Shown here: piece after piece, positions 28,662-43,600 of the stretch
Position numbering within the stretch: position 1 is the first letter of the stretch
Layout: every line of letters starts with the position of its first letter
Position numbers and translations under genes: made by a program
The notes under the pieces: generated by a model
Told to the model about the DNA's origin: nothing
Databases searched by the model: none
What the model saw: only the letters and a program-made list of their open reading frames with translations
Assembly: GCF_009914755.1 (NCBI RefSeq)
Contig: NC_060932.1
Source: the human T2T-CHM13v2.0 reference genome, Homo sapiens
Reading direction: 5' to 3' (one strand)
Length of the DNA: 64,000 nt

Positions 28662-28934
28662 AAAGACACAATGTCACCAAGGCATAAATTTTCTGCAAAT
28701 TGATCTTTAAATACAATGCAATTCCACCAAAAAATTAAGATTTTTAAGAAACTTGATGTATTTATTGGAAAATATATATATAGATGAAGAGGGTCTACAG
28801 GTGAGCCAAAACCTTTCTAATAAAGTATAACAAAAGGTAGATTTACTCTGTCAGAAAGTAAGGTATTTTTAAAGCAATAAATAATCAAGAGAGCCTGGTA
28901 TTAAAGCAGGGATAGTAATACCAAGAAATGCAAC

Positions 28935-29291
28935 TACCATGGTTTCAATTTCTCCTGCAAAACTCATGTTGAAATTTAATTGCCAATGTAATGGTATTGG
29001 GAGGTGGGGTTTTTGAGAGGTGATTAAGGCTCTGCCCTAATTCATGAATTCATGCTATTACCTCTTGGGAATGGGTTAGTTATCCTGGGATTGGGCTCCT
29101 GATAAAAGGACAAGTTTGGCCCCCGTTTGCTCTCTGTCTTATGTTCTCACATAATATTCTGCCATGGGATAACTCATCATGTTCTTGGATTTCCTAGGCT
29201 CCAGAACCATGAGTCAAATAAACTTCTGTTCTATTTATAAGTTACTTAGCTTGTGGTATTCTGTTATAGCAGAAGAAAACAGGCTAATATA
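28935..29291 (+). mobile_element. MST (MSTC-like) MaLR solo LTR
   Basis: CAAAACTCATGTTGAAATTTAATTGCCAATGTAA..TGTGGTATTCTGTTATAGCAG.AGAAAACAGGCTAATATA; TSD GCAAC/GGAAC. Confidence 0.85.
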
Positions 29292-29479
29292 GGAACAGTA
29301 TAGAGAGACCAGAAACAGACCCATAAGTACATGATAATTTGATATATGATAGAGATGTAATTACAGATCACTGGGGAAATGTATGACTATTCAATAAATG
29401 GTGCTGAGATATTTGGTTACCTATGTAGGGGGATTGACTATACTATACACATAGCATCATTTCCAAAGATATTAAAATG

Positions 29480-29597
29480 AGCAGGTGGGTGTTTGTGAAA
29501 TGATGGATATGTTAATTTGCTTGACTGTGGTGATCATTTATTGTACATATCAAAACATCATGTTGTACACCTGAAATACATACAATATATAAAAAAT
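29480..29597 (+). mobile_element. Short L1MA 3' terminus
   Basis: TGATGGATATGTTAATTTGCTTGACTGTGG..ATCAAAACATCATGTTGTACACC..A-tail. Confidence 0.7.
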
Positions 29598-31582
29598 GCA
29601 GTTGAAAAATTTAAATGGGAAAGGCAAATTTTAAAGTATTTAGAGGATAGTATAAGGGTGACTACCTTAATGAGTTCAGGATATAGAAAAGTTTTTAATG
29701 AGGCATAAAATCACTAAATACAAGAAGAAAGATTGATTTACTGCTTTGAAATTATTAACTCTTTTTATCAGATGACATCACAAAGACTAAAACGTTAAAA
29801 CCTGAAAAGTATATTTCTGAGATATATAACTGAAAAAGAATTTGTATCAATAACATATAAAGAAATATTACAGATTACTAAAAATTAACAAAATACTAAT
29901 AATAAAATGGTCAAAAGATATGAACAGACATTTCAACAAAGGGAAAACATAAACAGAAAAACATATACAACAGAAAAACTTACCTGTGAAAAGATGCTCG
30001 ATCTTATTATAAATCAGGAAAATGCAAATAAAAGCTGCATGAGATACAGCTTAACACACACAAGTTGCCAAAAACGAAGAAACTGGAGAATGCCAAGTGT
30101 TTTGAGTGCTCCAATGTTGCTGTGGGAAACTATATGGTGCAACCACTAGGAACATGCTTTTCTGCATGAGCTACAACCCTGCAAATCCACTTCTTGATAT
30201 ATACACCCGAGAAACTCTTGTTCATGTTCACCAAGAGATGTATACAAGATTTTTTAGTAGAAGGATTGTTACAGAAAAAAACTGGAAACAAACCAATTAT
30301 TTATACACAGAAGAATACATTTTGAAATTATGGTTCATTCACACAGTAAAATAACAATGAAAATGAATGAACCACAAACACAGAATATGATTGAATCTGA
30401 GAAATAAAAGGGAGTTTTAGAAGTCTGTATACAGTATGATATCACTTTTATAAAGTTCAAAGCCATGCAATATTGTGTTCAGATATACATATGCACATGC
30501 AATAAAAGTGTAAATAATAAGGCATGATAAATAACAAAACCAGAACAGTGGTTACATAGAAGGCTTGAGAGTGAGTTGCCAGGTGTTTTGCTATTATGCA
30601 TCACAATATGTATGTATGTTATATACATATTTTATGTAGATATCTAATATTGCAAAATAAAACTGAAAAATTGTATTTGTTTTTCAGGATAATAGTTCTT
30701 TAAGAAAGAATTGGGAATGAAGAATTTAGCAAAATAATGATTTTGAGGATGACTGATATTTTCATTAAGTCACTCTGTATCCCTGAATTTCAGAAATATT
30801 AGTTGGAAATGGAAGTCACTAACATAACCTGAACACAAGCTGTAAACTATATAATACAGATGTGAGGTTCTTGAAATAAAACACCATCTGCTTACTTGTA
30901 AGTAGCAACAGGAGAATTACACTGCATATTCAGATGACTAGGTTCTTAATCTACCTTTGCTGTTGGCATCCTGGGCATATTTGGACAACTTGCCTACTTT
31001 CCTTGATTCATTTTAACCATCCATGGAAGTAGAATATGAATCTGTAATGTTCCTTTTGATTTAAAGATAATACTGGTGCCATTCTTTGTATCTTAACGTT
31101 TATTTTTATGTTCTGTTTTTATTCCTTCTCTCCCCAGAGAAAACACCTAAGGGCTGTGTTACAATCACAGTGATAATCAATTTTATCTTTACCTAGATAA
31201 TTATAGGACTCCGATTGTGGCTGGTATAAGCTATTTCTAGCATAACTTGTGGCTGGTTCTAGCTCTCCTCTTAGAGAGATCTTAGGTGGCCCTTGTTTTA
31301 TTTTGATGACCCTGCTATGACCACGGAACTTCAGTATGTGACAATTCACTCCTACCTCAAGATGTCCTGGTGGTACCTTCTAAGCTAGCACCTCCCATTC
31401 CTTTATGGAAATGTGCAGGCCTTCATTTCTCTTGCTTTGTCTGGCACCAGAAAATCAGTTATTCCCAAATCCCTTAAAATTTTTATTCCACAAGTCCTTA
31501 TGGAAATGGGACTACTGGTAGCTTGTTCAGAGGTCCCGGTGTCCTTGAGCTATGTAAGCAGTTAGACCACACCATGAATACA

Positions 31583-32008
31583 TTAGTTAAGCACTGCCTC
31601 AATAATGCTGTGTAAAAGCATTCAAACTCAGTGGCTTACAATGGCAAGCATTTGGTTTTGTCACTGATTTGTGTGTAGATCTGCTGGTCTGGGCTCTACA
31701 AGCCTCCATATTCTTCTGGGATCAGAGGCTACCTTGGGCATATCGTTTTTTTGGAATATCATAGGCATGCAAAAAGCCAAACCAAACTACGCAAACATAT
31801 GTATGGCCTTTACTTTAGTCATATCTACTAACGTTCCGTTCGCTAAATCAAGTCATATAGCAAATGTCAACATTTAGAGGGGGAGGAGAAGAGGAGAGGG
31901 AAGGGGAAGAAAACAATATATATGTGTAAAGTATATTCTTTTCCCATTCTAACACATTGCAAGATCACATGAGTAAGTGAATAAATGAGAACAATAATCG
32001 AATCCACC
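31583..32008 (-). mobile_element. MLT1 (I/J-like) LTR
   Basis: TTAGTTA..AATAATGCTGTGTAA..AAACTCAGTGGCTTACAA..GTCATATCTACTAAC.TTCC.TT.GCTAAA.CAAGTCATA. Confidence 0.65.
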
Positions 32009-32357
32009 AAAAAGTCCCCCTGAATATTATATGTTATAAAGTCAAAATAGAAAGTCAAAAAGAAGCACTTAGAGTAAATAGAAAAGACTTTCATTGTTTT
32101 TTGTTGACTTGCAACCTTCAACCTGGTTTCACATTATTAGTTTGGGTTAAGAACCATCACTAAGGTGGTAGAAATCAATAGATTTCCTTGATTTACATAT
32201 ACTTTAGAGTAAAGGTGTGTTCAAGTGAGATTAAGTCAGCAGATAATCTAGACAGTGACAAATAAAACAAAACATTTTCTCCAGCTATGCTGACAATGGA
32301 TTGGAGGGAATAATCTAAAATGTGCATGATGAATTTGTGGTCTAATGAATGACAATG

Positions 32358-32590
32358 GAGGTGTGGTGGGAAGAGCTCAGACTTTACAGCGAGACAAATC
32401 TGATTCTGAACTCTAGCCCCAATGATTGTCAGCTTTCGGCAACTTGCTTAGATTATCTGAGACTCATAATCTTTGCCTGTAAAATGAGGATTATGTCATC
32501 TCTGAGATACTGTTGTGATGATCTTTAAACAGTTATGTGAAAGTTTTAATATAATATCTGATATTTGACATGCAAGAAGTTGCAACTATC
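32358..32590 (+). mobile_element. MIR
   Basis: GGCAACTTGCTTAG..TCTGAGACTCA..CTGTAAAATGAGGAT core. Confidence 0.7.
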
Positions 32591-33984
32591 ATTCTGGAAG
32601 CATTTATAAGATACACTAAAGAGCAGTTTAGACATTTCTGGATGTCTTTTAAAATAATTTCTTTCTTCTAATATGGCTAAGATATAATTTCACTTGAAAA
32701 AAGATGATATCCTCCTAGAAACTCTTCAAAATCTTGATTCAATGATTCCAAAAAGAATATTATTTATTCATTTGAGAAAACCATTTGCCACACTGCTACA
32801 TACTTTCAGATGTGAAAATAAAGGGATCGCAGCTGGTTGCTTTATTTTCAAACAACTACAAAGGAAACAGTAGAATTTTGGCTTCTTGTAATTTTCCTTT
32901 GAAAATGTTCACAACCATGTGTGGTTGGAATCTGGCATTTATCTTTTGCTTCCATTCTGGAAATTTATACACTTCTGTAGCGTTTGGTTTGGGTCACATA
33001 ACTTTTCAATTCTTTGTCATAGTCTTCCACTTGTATAATTTCCGTCCAGTTTGAAAAACATATACCATAAGGTGTTTACACAGAAAGACTTTAGGCATAA
33101 TAATTGCCTATGGATCAGAAGAGCTAGCACAGAAAAATTAGTCATGCATAATAAGGAAACAAAAAATGTATCACATTATTTTATGTGAATGACCAAGACT
33201 GAGTGTACAGGATGTAATCAAAGTCAAACAAACTTTGTAACCATTGACTTTAGAAGAATAATAAAAATACATTATCCAGCTCCCATACATAAAATATACT
33301 AGTTTCCAAGTGGACAGATGAGTCCTGCCAAATTTTAAATCGTTTAAAAATTTATTTTTTAGAGACTTTCAAAAGCAGCTTTTTAAGATCATCTAGGTGA
33401 TGAGAGTTGATGTCAGACACCTATTTCCTTGCTCTCTCAGTTCTTTATTATATCCATGATAACTGCTCTGCTTATACTTTGAGGAGAAAAATGATTCTCG
33501 ACAGAAGTTTATAAGGAAATTAAATCTCTGGAGATTTTTTTTTTTTCTTCAAAAAAAATTCAACTTCTACTGTCCTTACTGGAACTTTTTCCTGGTTCTG
33601 TTGCCCATATTTTGACTACAGCTTTCTCAAAGCTGAATTTTATATTTCCATCTCCTTGTAGATCCCTTTAACTTTTTATTTCATGGTCTCCCTAGTCTAA
33701 TTCTGATCCTCACTACCTTATTCTTGACATCGACTCTTTCTCTGCCTAGGGAAACAGGACCTGCCTCTGACTGACTTACAATTTTTTTGAGTCAAAATAA
33801 TATTATTATGAGTCAAAAGTCTTATTTTGTTCAACTTGATTGATAGAGAGCTTGATTTGTAGAACCTTCTAGCATCAGTATTGGTCATCCATCTATTCTG
33901 CATTTACTGAGTGCCAGCTATATGCCAGACATTCTACCATGCCCCAAAATACAGAAAAAGAGATTAGAAAACCAGCAATTGCAG

Positions 33985-34140
33985 CCTGTCAGCACTTGAA
34001 TGAGATCTGCTGCTTACTAGTTGTGTCACCTTGGGTAAGTTTCTTGAATCTATTCTTCAGTTTGTTATCTGTAAAATGATATTAGTGCCCTATGTCATCA
34101 AGCCGTTTTGAAGGTTAAGTAAGGCATATATGTATATTGC
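33985..34140 (+). mobile_element. MIR
   Basis: CTTACTAGTTGTGTCACCTTGGGTAAGTTTCTT..CTTCAGTTT..ATCTGTAAAATG. Confidence 0.75.
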
Positions 34141-34469
34141 TTCGAGAGTCCATAGATTATTCTGTAAACAAGGCAAGTCCTGTGGCCTCAGACCTGTCTA
34201 ATCACCACTCCTGTCCTGGTCTTTTGCCTTCACTGGACTTACCATTTATGTCAATTAAACAGGAGAGGCAGTTGATATTGAAAAGTAGGTGCAAACATTG
34301 CAAAACCCATTAAAAGATAGGTTTTTGATAATCTGTTTGTTCTCATTTGCAGAATCCCTTTTAAAAGACTTTGAAGTTCAGAGACAGATACTATAGTTCT
34401 GACTTGTAAGGGGCCATACATATCCTGTATCACAGCTAAAAATGGTATAGGCTCATCTGGCTTTTAAAA

Positions 34470-35447
34470 AGAAGAACTTGAGCAGATATTAATCCAAAGA
34501 AGACATACAAATGGCCAGCAAGTGTATGAAAAGATGTTCAACATCATTAATTGTCAGGACAATGCAATCAAAACTATGAGAATTTATCACCTCACACCTG
34601 TTAGAATGGCTAATATCAAAAATCCAAAATATAAGTGTTGGTGGGGACTTCGAAGAATTAGAACACTTGTACACCATTGGTGGGAATGTAAAATGGTCTA
34701 GCAGTTATGGAAAACAGTATGGAGGTTACTCAAAAAAATTTAAAAGGAACTACCATATGATCCAGCAATTCCAAATCTGGGCATATATCCAAAATAATTA
34801 AAATGAGGATCTCAGAGAGACATTTGCACACTGATGCTCATTGCAGCATTATTCACAGTAGCCAAGATATGTAAACAACCCAAGTGTCCAGTGACAGATG
34901 AATAGATAAAGAAAATGTGGTATATACATACAATGGAATTATTTAGCCATAAAAGAAGGGAATCCTGCCATCTGTGACAACTGGAGAACATTATACTAAG
35001 TAGAATAAGCCAGGCGCAGAGGGGTGAATATACTGCCTGATTCTGCTTACATGAGATATCTATAATAGTAAAACTTACAGAGGCAGAGAATACAATGCAG
35101 TTGCCAGGGGTTGGGGGTGAGGGAAATAGGGACTTGTTCAATGGATGTAAAGCTTTACTTGCGCTAGATAAAGAAGTTATAGAGATCTGCTGTATAACAT
35201 AATACTTATAGTTAATAATAATGCATTGTACAGTTCAAAATTTATTAACTGGGTAGATTTTATGTTAAGTATTCTTATCACAAAAATGGGACACAAAGAA
35301 ACTTTGGGAGTGTTGGGTATGTTTATTACCTTGATTGTGGTGGTGTTATCACTGGTGTTTGCATATGTCTAAACTCATCAAATTATACACATCAAATGTG
35401 TGCAGGTCTTTGTATATCAATTGTGCCTCATTAAAGCTGTTAAAAAT
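34470..35447 (+). mobile_element. L1MB 3' portion (ORF2 end + 3' UTR)
   Basis: CCAAAGAAGACATACAAATGGCCA..TGGTGGGAATGTAAAATGG..CCATATGATCCAGCAATTCC..CCTCATTAAAGCTGTTAAAAA. Confidence 0.88.
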
Positions 35448-36069
35448 TTTGGCTTCATTTGATAATGAGGGCTCTTCAAAAAGGCTGATCACTGCTTACA
35501 AGAGAGAACATACTTTGGGCTGCGTACTGTCTTTATGTGAGTAGTCCTCATATGTTTACACTTCTTTGCCTTATGTTTATGCAATCTTATAACAGAATGA
35601 GATAGCATTTTAACACTGGTAAATTAATATGTGGCCTGAGAGTGTTTAGATTTAGTAGAATTAAAATGGTTTAAATTGCTAAACAAGAACAGTATTCATG
35701 ATCCAAATATATTACTTTTGTATATATTGTACAACAAACCATTATTTCATTACTTAACTTATTAAGCTGACAGTTATTACCACAGACTAGGCACTTAGGA
35801 TACAGATATAGAAGACAGTTTCTGTCTTAAAGAACTAATCATTTAATGTAAAAGATATATCTGAAAATAAATGTTTATAAGCACAATGATAACACTAGTA
35901 TACACGAGCTATACATGGATATTAAAGAACTGAAGAGGGACCAAGGTGTACTTATTGCAGTGATTTATGGTCATTGGTTTTTCTTCTTTAACTTATTAGA
36001 TGCTGCACAAATATGGACAACATTCTGTAGCAAAGCTAAGTACACGTTTGGAACTTGCTTTTTTCTAAC

Positions 36070-36362
36070 ATGAAATTTTATTTTTATTTGTTTTTAATTT
36101 TTTGTTACCATAGGTTTTTGGGGAACAGGTGGTATTTGGTTACATGATAAGTTCTTTAGTGGTGACTGGTGAGATTTTGGTGCACCCATTACCTGGGCAG
36201 TATACACTGAACCCAATTTGTCGCCTTTTATCCCTCGCCCCCATCCCACCCTTTCCCCACAAGTCCCCAAAGTTCATTATATCATTTTTATGCCTTTGCA
36301 TTTTCATAGCTTATCTCCCACTTATGAGTGAGAACATAAGATGTTTGGTCTTCCACTCTGAG
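36070..36362 (-). mobile_element. L1PB-type 3' end (antisense)
   Basis: TAGGTTTTTGGGGAACAGGTGGTATTTGGTTACATG..CTCCCACTTATGAGTGAGAACATA; TSD-like GGAACTTGCTTTTT/GGAACTTCCTTTTT. Confidence 0.88.
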
Positions 36363-37217
36363 GAACTTCCTTTTTAAAATGAAGGAGCTAATAAAATTGG
36401 CTTCTCACATTGTAAAAAAAAGTCATGAGAAAAACAATACATTATGAATTGATTGTTATCTCTATTTTGTAGTAAGTGAGAGTTTTGCTTTTCCTTGAAT
36501 TACTGATTTTTTGGCTGGTTGTTTTGTTCTTTCTGTGCTGTGCAGATACAACCATACGTGGTTGTATTTTGTAGTCTGAAGAAGTTTGAGGTGATATGTG
36601 CTTGGGATGTCTCATTAGAAAAACGTTTGGGACAATAGAGAGAAAAAGACCACTAAAATGGGAAGACTCATCTCTTCTTTGCAGTTTTACCAGAAATTGG
36701 AGCTCTTAAGTAATAAACAACCATCAAGTAATTAAAGAATGAAAAATGTGATTTTCATTATAGCATGAATTGTGTGATTCTTCTCTATTTTTCTTTTCTT
36801 GCCAATTCCATTTGGTATGATTGTGAAACGCCATTAATAAGCATTGTAAGTCCTTTCATTTCAGAAGTTCATTTTGGTTACCAATAAATGTTTTGTGTAG
36901 GACTAAGTGGTATAGTTTAAAATTTTTTTTCTCTTCTCAAAACAATTAGTTTGCTGAAGTCAGAAAATATGTTACCTGAGTTTAATTCTTTCTGTTGAAG
37001 ACTATTCTGTAACCATTTGGACATTTATTTACTTCATATGGTCAACCACCTCTCTTCATTTGATCACTTCTACATTAAAAGTCTATAACATGGTATTTGG
37101 GGCAGAAAATGTAAAGAAGGATAAGTCACAATCCCTGAATATCAGTAGCTTTCCACCTAGTAGAAGAAACTGAATGCAATGATATCTATAATACAGATAA
37201 TATTTGACAAACGCTAT

Positions 37218-37870
37218 GATTTATTCATTCATTGAACAAAAATGTTTTATGCATCTCTCATATTCTGAACACTATGGGAGATTCTGGGGATAGAGACATG
37301 AAGAAGGCAGAGACATTTTGTGACCTCACAGCTTGGTGGGAATGACAGACATTTACCAAGAATTAAAGAGCCTTCACTATGGGCCAGACATGTAAGAACC
37401 AGAGATAGAAAACCCTGAGTAAAGGTGCTGATAACTTAATGAAGAAGAGCACCAGAAAATAAGCAATGACTAAGTATTATGATAAACTCACAAAAAAGGT
37501 GTAGGTAGGACATTACAAAAGGACATAAAAAATGAAGCCATCATCCTATTTTCTAATCATGTATTTCCATACGTTGTTTTATTACATGCTATATAAATAT
37601 GGGCAACATTTTACAAATGCTTGGTGAGTGACTTATTATATGTTATGTTGAATGTCACAGAGTGATATGAGAATGTAGAGGAAAAATTACTCTCTTTGGT
37701 ATTTTCAGAGATAGTTTTCTGAAAGACCTGTCATCTGAGGTCAGTTCTTCATGAAGGACTGGTAGTATTCAGGAGAGGAGGATTCCAGATTGAGGAAACA
37801 GTGTGAGCTAATGTACAGAGGCAGGAATTTAGCACATATAGAATCGTCCTACGTGGATAGATTGATTGTA
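37218..37870 (-). mobile_element. L2 antisense fragments
   Basis: TTTATTCATTCATTGAACAAA..TGACCTCACAGCTT..GATTCCAGATTGAGGAAACAGTGTGAGC.AA. Confidence 0.55.
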
Positions 37871-37886
37871 GGATTAAAGAGTGTTA

Positions 37887-38122
<236 letters not shown>

Positions 38123-38684
38123 AAAAGTGTTAAGCCAGGAAAAGCATTTTCTAAGGCTTTTCCAGGTCTTGAGGAGCCTTCTATACCTTGTAAGAAGTTT
38201 AGGCGGTATCTTGAGAGTAAACTTCAACATCGAAGGCAATAAATGGAACCAGGAAGACATCCGGTACCCACAAGGAGGTGTAAGAGACAACCAGAAAGAG
38301 GCAAAAAGGACAAAGCACGGGGAATCTGGGGTAACATTTACTTCTAGCAGTTTTAAAAATTTTCTTAAAGTTATGTATGACGTTTATTCACTGAGTCCCA
38401 TAATTTTTGTTGAGAGATGAAGTATCATATACTTTACTAAGTATTATTGGGTCGAGAACGTAAAAAATTCAAAATAGGGTATAACCACAAGGCAGGAAGA
38501 TACATTACCAACTCACAGTAATGTAAGTGAGATAAATACATGCTAAAACAAAAGGAGCACAATGTGTACAAAAGAAGCAGTTAATTCTGAACAAAGTGAT
38601 TGAGAAAGGATTTGTGGACAGGCAGTCTGACTCTAGAGCCTGATGGCCATGATGTGTGTTGGGTGTAATCACTGGCTCTTTGCA

Positions 38685-39010
38685 TCTTGGATGGAGTTCC
38701 TTGGGACCAGATTCTGATAAGAAAAGTTGATGCAGAAGATTTATAGGATAAGACTTTTGAAAGAAAGAGAAATTGACCTGTGGCACAGGTGCTCTGAGGA
38801 GTTGGTCAATCCTCAGAAGCTCTTGAGCTAGGAAGACCTTTCAGAGGTGCACTGAATTGAGGTAATTTGGCCGTGTCTTTATATCTGTGCATCTGTTAGT
38901 CATTGGCAATGGGAAATTCCTTGGAAAGGTTATAACCTTGGGGAAGACAGTTTTCTGCAACTAGGGGCAATTCCCAGTGATAAATAGAGCTGGGAGCTGC
39001 GAACAATGTT
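38685..39010 (-). mobile_element. LTR16-like LTR (antisense)
   Basis: GAGTTCCTTGGGACCAGATTCTGA..GCAGAAGATTTAT..AACCTTGGGGAAGACAG..GGGGCAATTCCCAG. Confidence 0.5.
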
Positions 39011-39502
39011 TAAACTTAGATGAGCCCAATATGGTAGGTGGAAACCCAATTCCATGCTGTGCACTTTCCTTTTAATTTTTGCATTGAAGGCTATAGAAAG
39101 ATGTAAAAAGATTTGAGAATATGAGGTGGCATATATGGATTTTAGTTTTAGAAAGTTATTTCTGGTAGTACTATAATGTATAATTTGGTGAGGTGATATA
39201 TGCTGACAAGTGAAACCCATTTGTAGACTATTGTAATAGGTAAGTTCCAATTCAAACCTGTGTGAAGTTTTCCCATATCTCAGCCAGAATAGTCTTCTCT
39301 CTACCATTCTCCCATTAGTTATATTTTTATTTTAGCCCCAACCAAACCCAATTTATGCCATCAGTAGTTGTATCTGTGTATGTCTTGTTGTAGTCTGTGA
39401 ATTTCTTTAAAGCAATAGCCATACAGACATATTCTTGTCTGTATCTCTCAAAGGACCACCATTGAGCCATGAATAAAATGGGCATTGGTAAAAATATTTT
39501 GA

Positions 39503-39796
<294 letters not shown>

Positions 39797-40655
39797 TGAA
39801 TTGAACATTTCAATTGCATTCAGGGAAGAAATAATAAGCTTCTAAAACTGGGTTAATAGTAGTAAGAACAAAGAGAATGTCACTGGTGAGGAACACTAAG
39901 GAGGTAGAAAGTGAAAAAGGACTTTTGGGCGTGATGACGTAACTTCTGTAATATATAAATTATTTGTATATCAAATACACTGAAACACACTACTAGAATT
40001 CATTTATGTTTATATATTTATTTGGTACATTTTCCCAGGCCATTTCTTAAAACACTTCCCCTCTTTACATAAGTTTCTCAAAGTTTGTTTTTCCAATTTA
40101 TACTTCAAAGAGAAAACATAATTTGAAAGTTGTTTCTACCCTTTGATGTTGTTTTATAACGCTTGCCTAAGGCATTAAAGTTCAGGTTAACAGTTCTGTC
40201 TTAGTAAAACTGATTTTGTAAGATGCTTTTCTGCCCATATTTCAAATGAATGCTTTGAATTCCTTTGCCAACTCTGTCAAGGTTATATGACTCCAGAAGG
40301 CCATCAAAACTTCCAGAAAGTCAAGAATAAAAGTATTTTTCTTTCTCGGGGTATGATTTGGTCAAGAAAAGACATGACCTATGAAAATTAAAATATATCT
40401 TGGAAGCATGAAAATGGCTTTGATTCAAGTGTGTAAAGTTTTCCAAAGCTGAGAGGGAGCACATTTAATCTGTGAACAAAGACATTATAATCTGGTGGCA
40501 GACACATGGTATGTGGCGTCAGAAAACACAGACTGACAAGTTATAAGATCATGGGCAACTCAATGTTTCTATGTTTTATTCTTCTCTTCTTAAGAATGAG
40601 ATAACATTATTTCTTGTTGTAACCAACTTGTCAGAATGATGTGAGGATACAATTA

Positions 40656-43600
40656 GCCAAGTGAAATACATGGCTAGAAGAAGCAGTGGGAAGAGCCCTG
40701 TGGGCACTCTGGGTCCAAAGGGAAGCCATTTTTGACTTTGTCTCACAGGGGTCCTTGGAGAGAGCTGCCAGTGGTTTGGGGAAAGACCACAGGGAGAAGG
40801 AAACTTCCATCTGAACTTTGTAATAATTTCGATCTAATGTGAAGTTTCCTGGATAGAATCTAGGGGAGGGGGTGAAAGGGGAGTGCAGATATGAGCACAG
40901 AAGCCACAGCAGGTGGTGGGCAGGATTCCTGAAAGCCCTGCTTGCTTTCTCAGTGGGGAGGCTTAGAGCCTAGGGCAAGTTCTCAGCTTCTCAGCCCTGC
41001 TCATCTGCTGCCTGGAAATAAAATCAGTGCTATTGCGCGGGCGGGGGGGGAGGGGTGGGAATGGTGGGAATGAGACCAGCCTTTTGGCTGTGTGGGAGCT
41101 GGGTGAGGCCTATCACTGCCAGCTTTTCCCCACTTCCCTGGCAACCTGTATGACACAGCGAGGGTGTCATAATCCCCCTGAAAACATAACTCCATAGGTC
41201 TGAGAGCCATACCTCCATCCCCTACAGCAGCCACAGCAAGCCCCACCCAAGGAAAGTCTGAGCTCAGACACCTCTAAACCTGCCCCCACCTTAGGGTCTT
41301 TCCCTATCTACCTTGGTAGCCAAAGACAAAGGACGTAATCTCTTGGGGGCTCTATGGCCCTGCCCACCAACTGAGAAACCCAAATATTTATCCAGGCAAC
41401 CCTAGGGCAATCTTGTGTCCTCCCTATACTATTGCAGCTGATGCTCTCCTGAAAGTGCCACCTCCTAGCTGGAGGCCAAACAACACAAAACCAACACACT
41501 AAACAAAACTATAACCAAGGACCCTCACAAAGTCCAATTCACTCCTCTGCTACCTCTACTGGAGCAGGTGCTAGTATCCATGGCTGAGAGACATGAAGAC
41601 AGATCACATCACAGGACTCTTTGCAGACACTCCCCAGTACCAGCCGAGAGCCTGGTAGCTCTACTGGCTGGTGAAACTCAGCAGAGAAATAACAATCACT
41701 GCAGTTTGGCTCTCAGGAAGCCCCATTCCTAGGGGAAGGGGAGAGCACCACATGAAGGGAGCAACCCATGGAACAAAATAATCTGAACAGTAGCCTTTAA
41801 GCCCCAAATCTTCCCTCTCACATAGGTCTACCCAAGTGAGAAGGAACCAGAAAAACAATTCTGGTAATACGACGAAACTAGGTTCTTTAACATCCCTGAA
41901 AGACCACATAGCTCACCAGCAATGGATCCAAACCAAGAAGTAATCTCTGAATTGCCAGAAAAAGAATTCAGAAGGTTGATTATTAAACTGCTGAAAGGTG
42001 AATATCAACTTAAATTAAAAAATGTTACAGGATATGGATGGAAAAATCTCCAGAGAAATAGATAGCATAAATAAAAATCAAACACAACTTCTGGAAATGA
42101 AGGACACACTTAGAGAAATGCAATATACACTGGAAAGTCTCAACAATAGAATCAAAGAAGTAGAAGAAAGAATTTCAGAGCTTGAAGACAAGTCTTTTGA
42201 ATTAACCCAATCTGACAAAGGCAAAGAAAAAAATGAACAAAGCCTCCAGGAAGTTTGGGATTATGTTAAATGACCAAACCTAAGAATGATTGGTGTTCCT
42301 GAGGAAGAAGAGAAATGTAAATGTTTGGAAAACATATTTGAGGGAATAATAAAAGTTCTCCAGCCTTGCTAGAGACCTGGACATCCAAATAGAAGAAGCT
42401 CAAAGAACACCTGGGAAGTTCATTGCAAAAAGTTAATAACCTATGCACGTAGTCATCAGGTTATCTAAAGTCAAGATGAAGGAAAAAATCTGCATCAGGT
42501 AACATATAAAGGAAAACCTATCAGATTAACAGCAGACTTCTCAGCAGAAACCTTACAAGCTGGAAAGGATTTGTGCCCTATCTTTAGCTTCCTTAAACAA
42601 CAAAACGATAAACAGCCATGAATTTTGTATCCAGTGAAACTAAGCTTCATAAATGAAGGAAAGATACAATGTTTTTCAGACAAGCAAATGCTGAGAGAAT
42701 TTGACACTACCACCCCAGCACTATAAGAACTGTTAAAAGGAGCTCTAAATCTTGAAATAAATCCTTGAAATACACCAAAATAGAATCTCCTTAAAGCATA
42801 AATCTCACAGGACCTATAAAACAAAAACACAATGAAAACCAAGGTATTTGGGCAAAAAATAGCACAATGAATAGAATAGTACGTCACATCTCAATACTAA
42901 TGTTGAATATAAATGGCCTAAATGCTCCACTTAAAGGATGCAGAATGGCAGAATAGATACAAATTCACTAACCAAGTATCTTCTTTCTTCAAGAGACTCA
43001 CCTAACACATAAGGACTTACATAAATTTAAGGTAAAGGGGCGGAAAATGTTATTCCATGCAAATGGACACCAAAAGTGAGCAGGAGTAGCTATTCTTACA
43101 TCAGAAAAAAAAAACTTTAAAGCAATAACAGTTAAAAAAGACAAAGAAAGATATTATGTACTGATAAAAGTCATTATATAATCACTAGTCTAACAGGAAA
43201 ATATCACAATCCTAAATATGTATGCACTTAACACTGGAGCTCCCAAATTTATGAAACAATTACTACTATACCTAACAAATGAGATAGACAGCAACACAAT
43301 AATAGTGGGGGACTTCAGTACTCCACTGACAGCACTAGAGAGGTCATCAAGACAGAAAGTCAACAAAAAACAATGGACTTAAACTATACCCTAGAACAAA
43401 TTAACTTAACAGATATTTACGGAATGTTCTACTTAACAACTGCAGAACATACAGTCTTTTCATCAGCATATGGAACATTCTCCAAGATAAACCATATAAT
43501 AGGCCACAAAACAGGTCTCAACAAATTAAAGAAAATCAAAATTATATCAAATACTTTCTCAGACCACAGTGGAAAAAATTTGAAATCAACTCCAAAAGGA

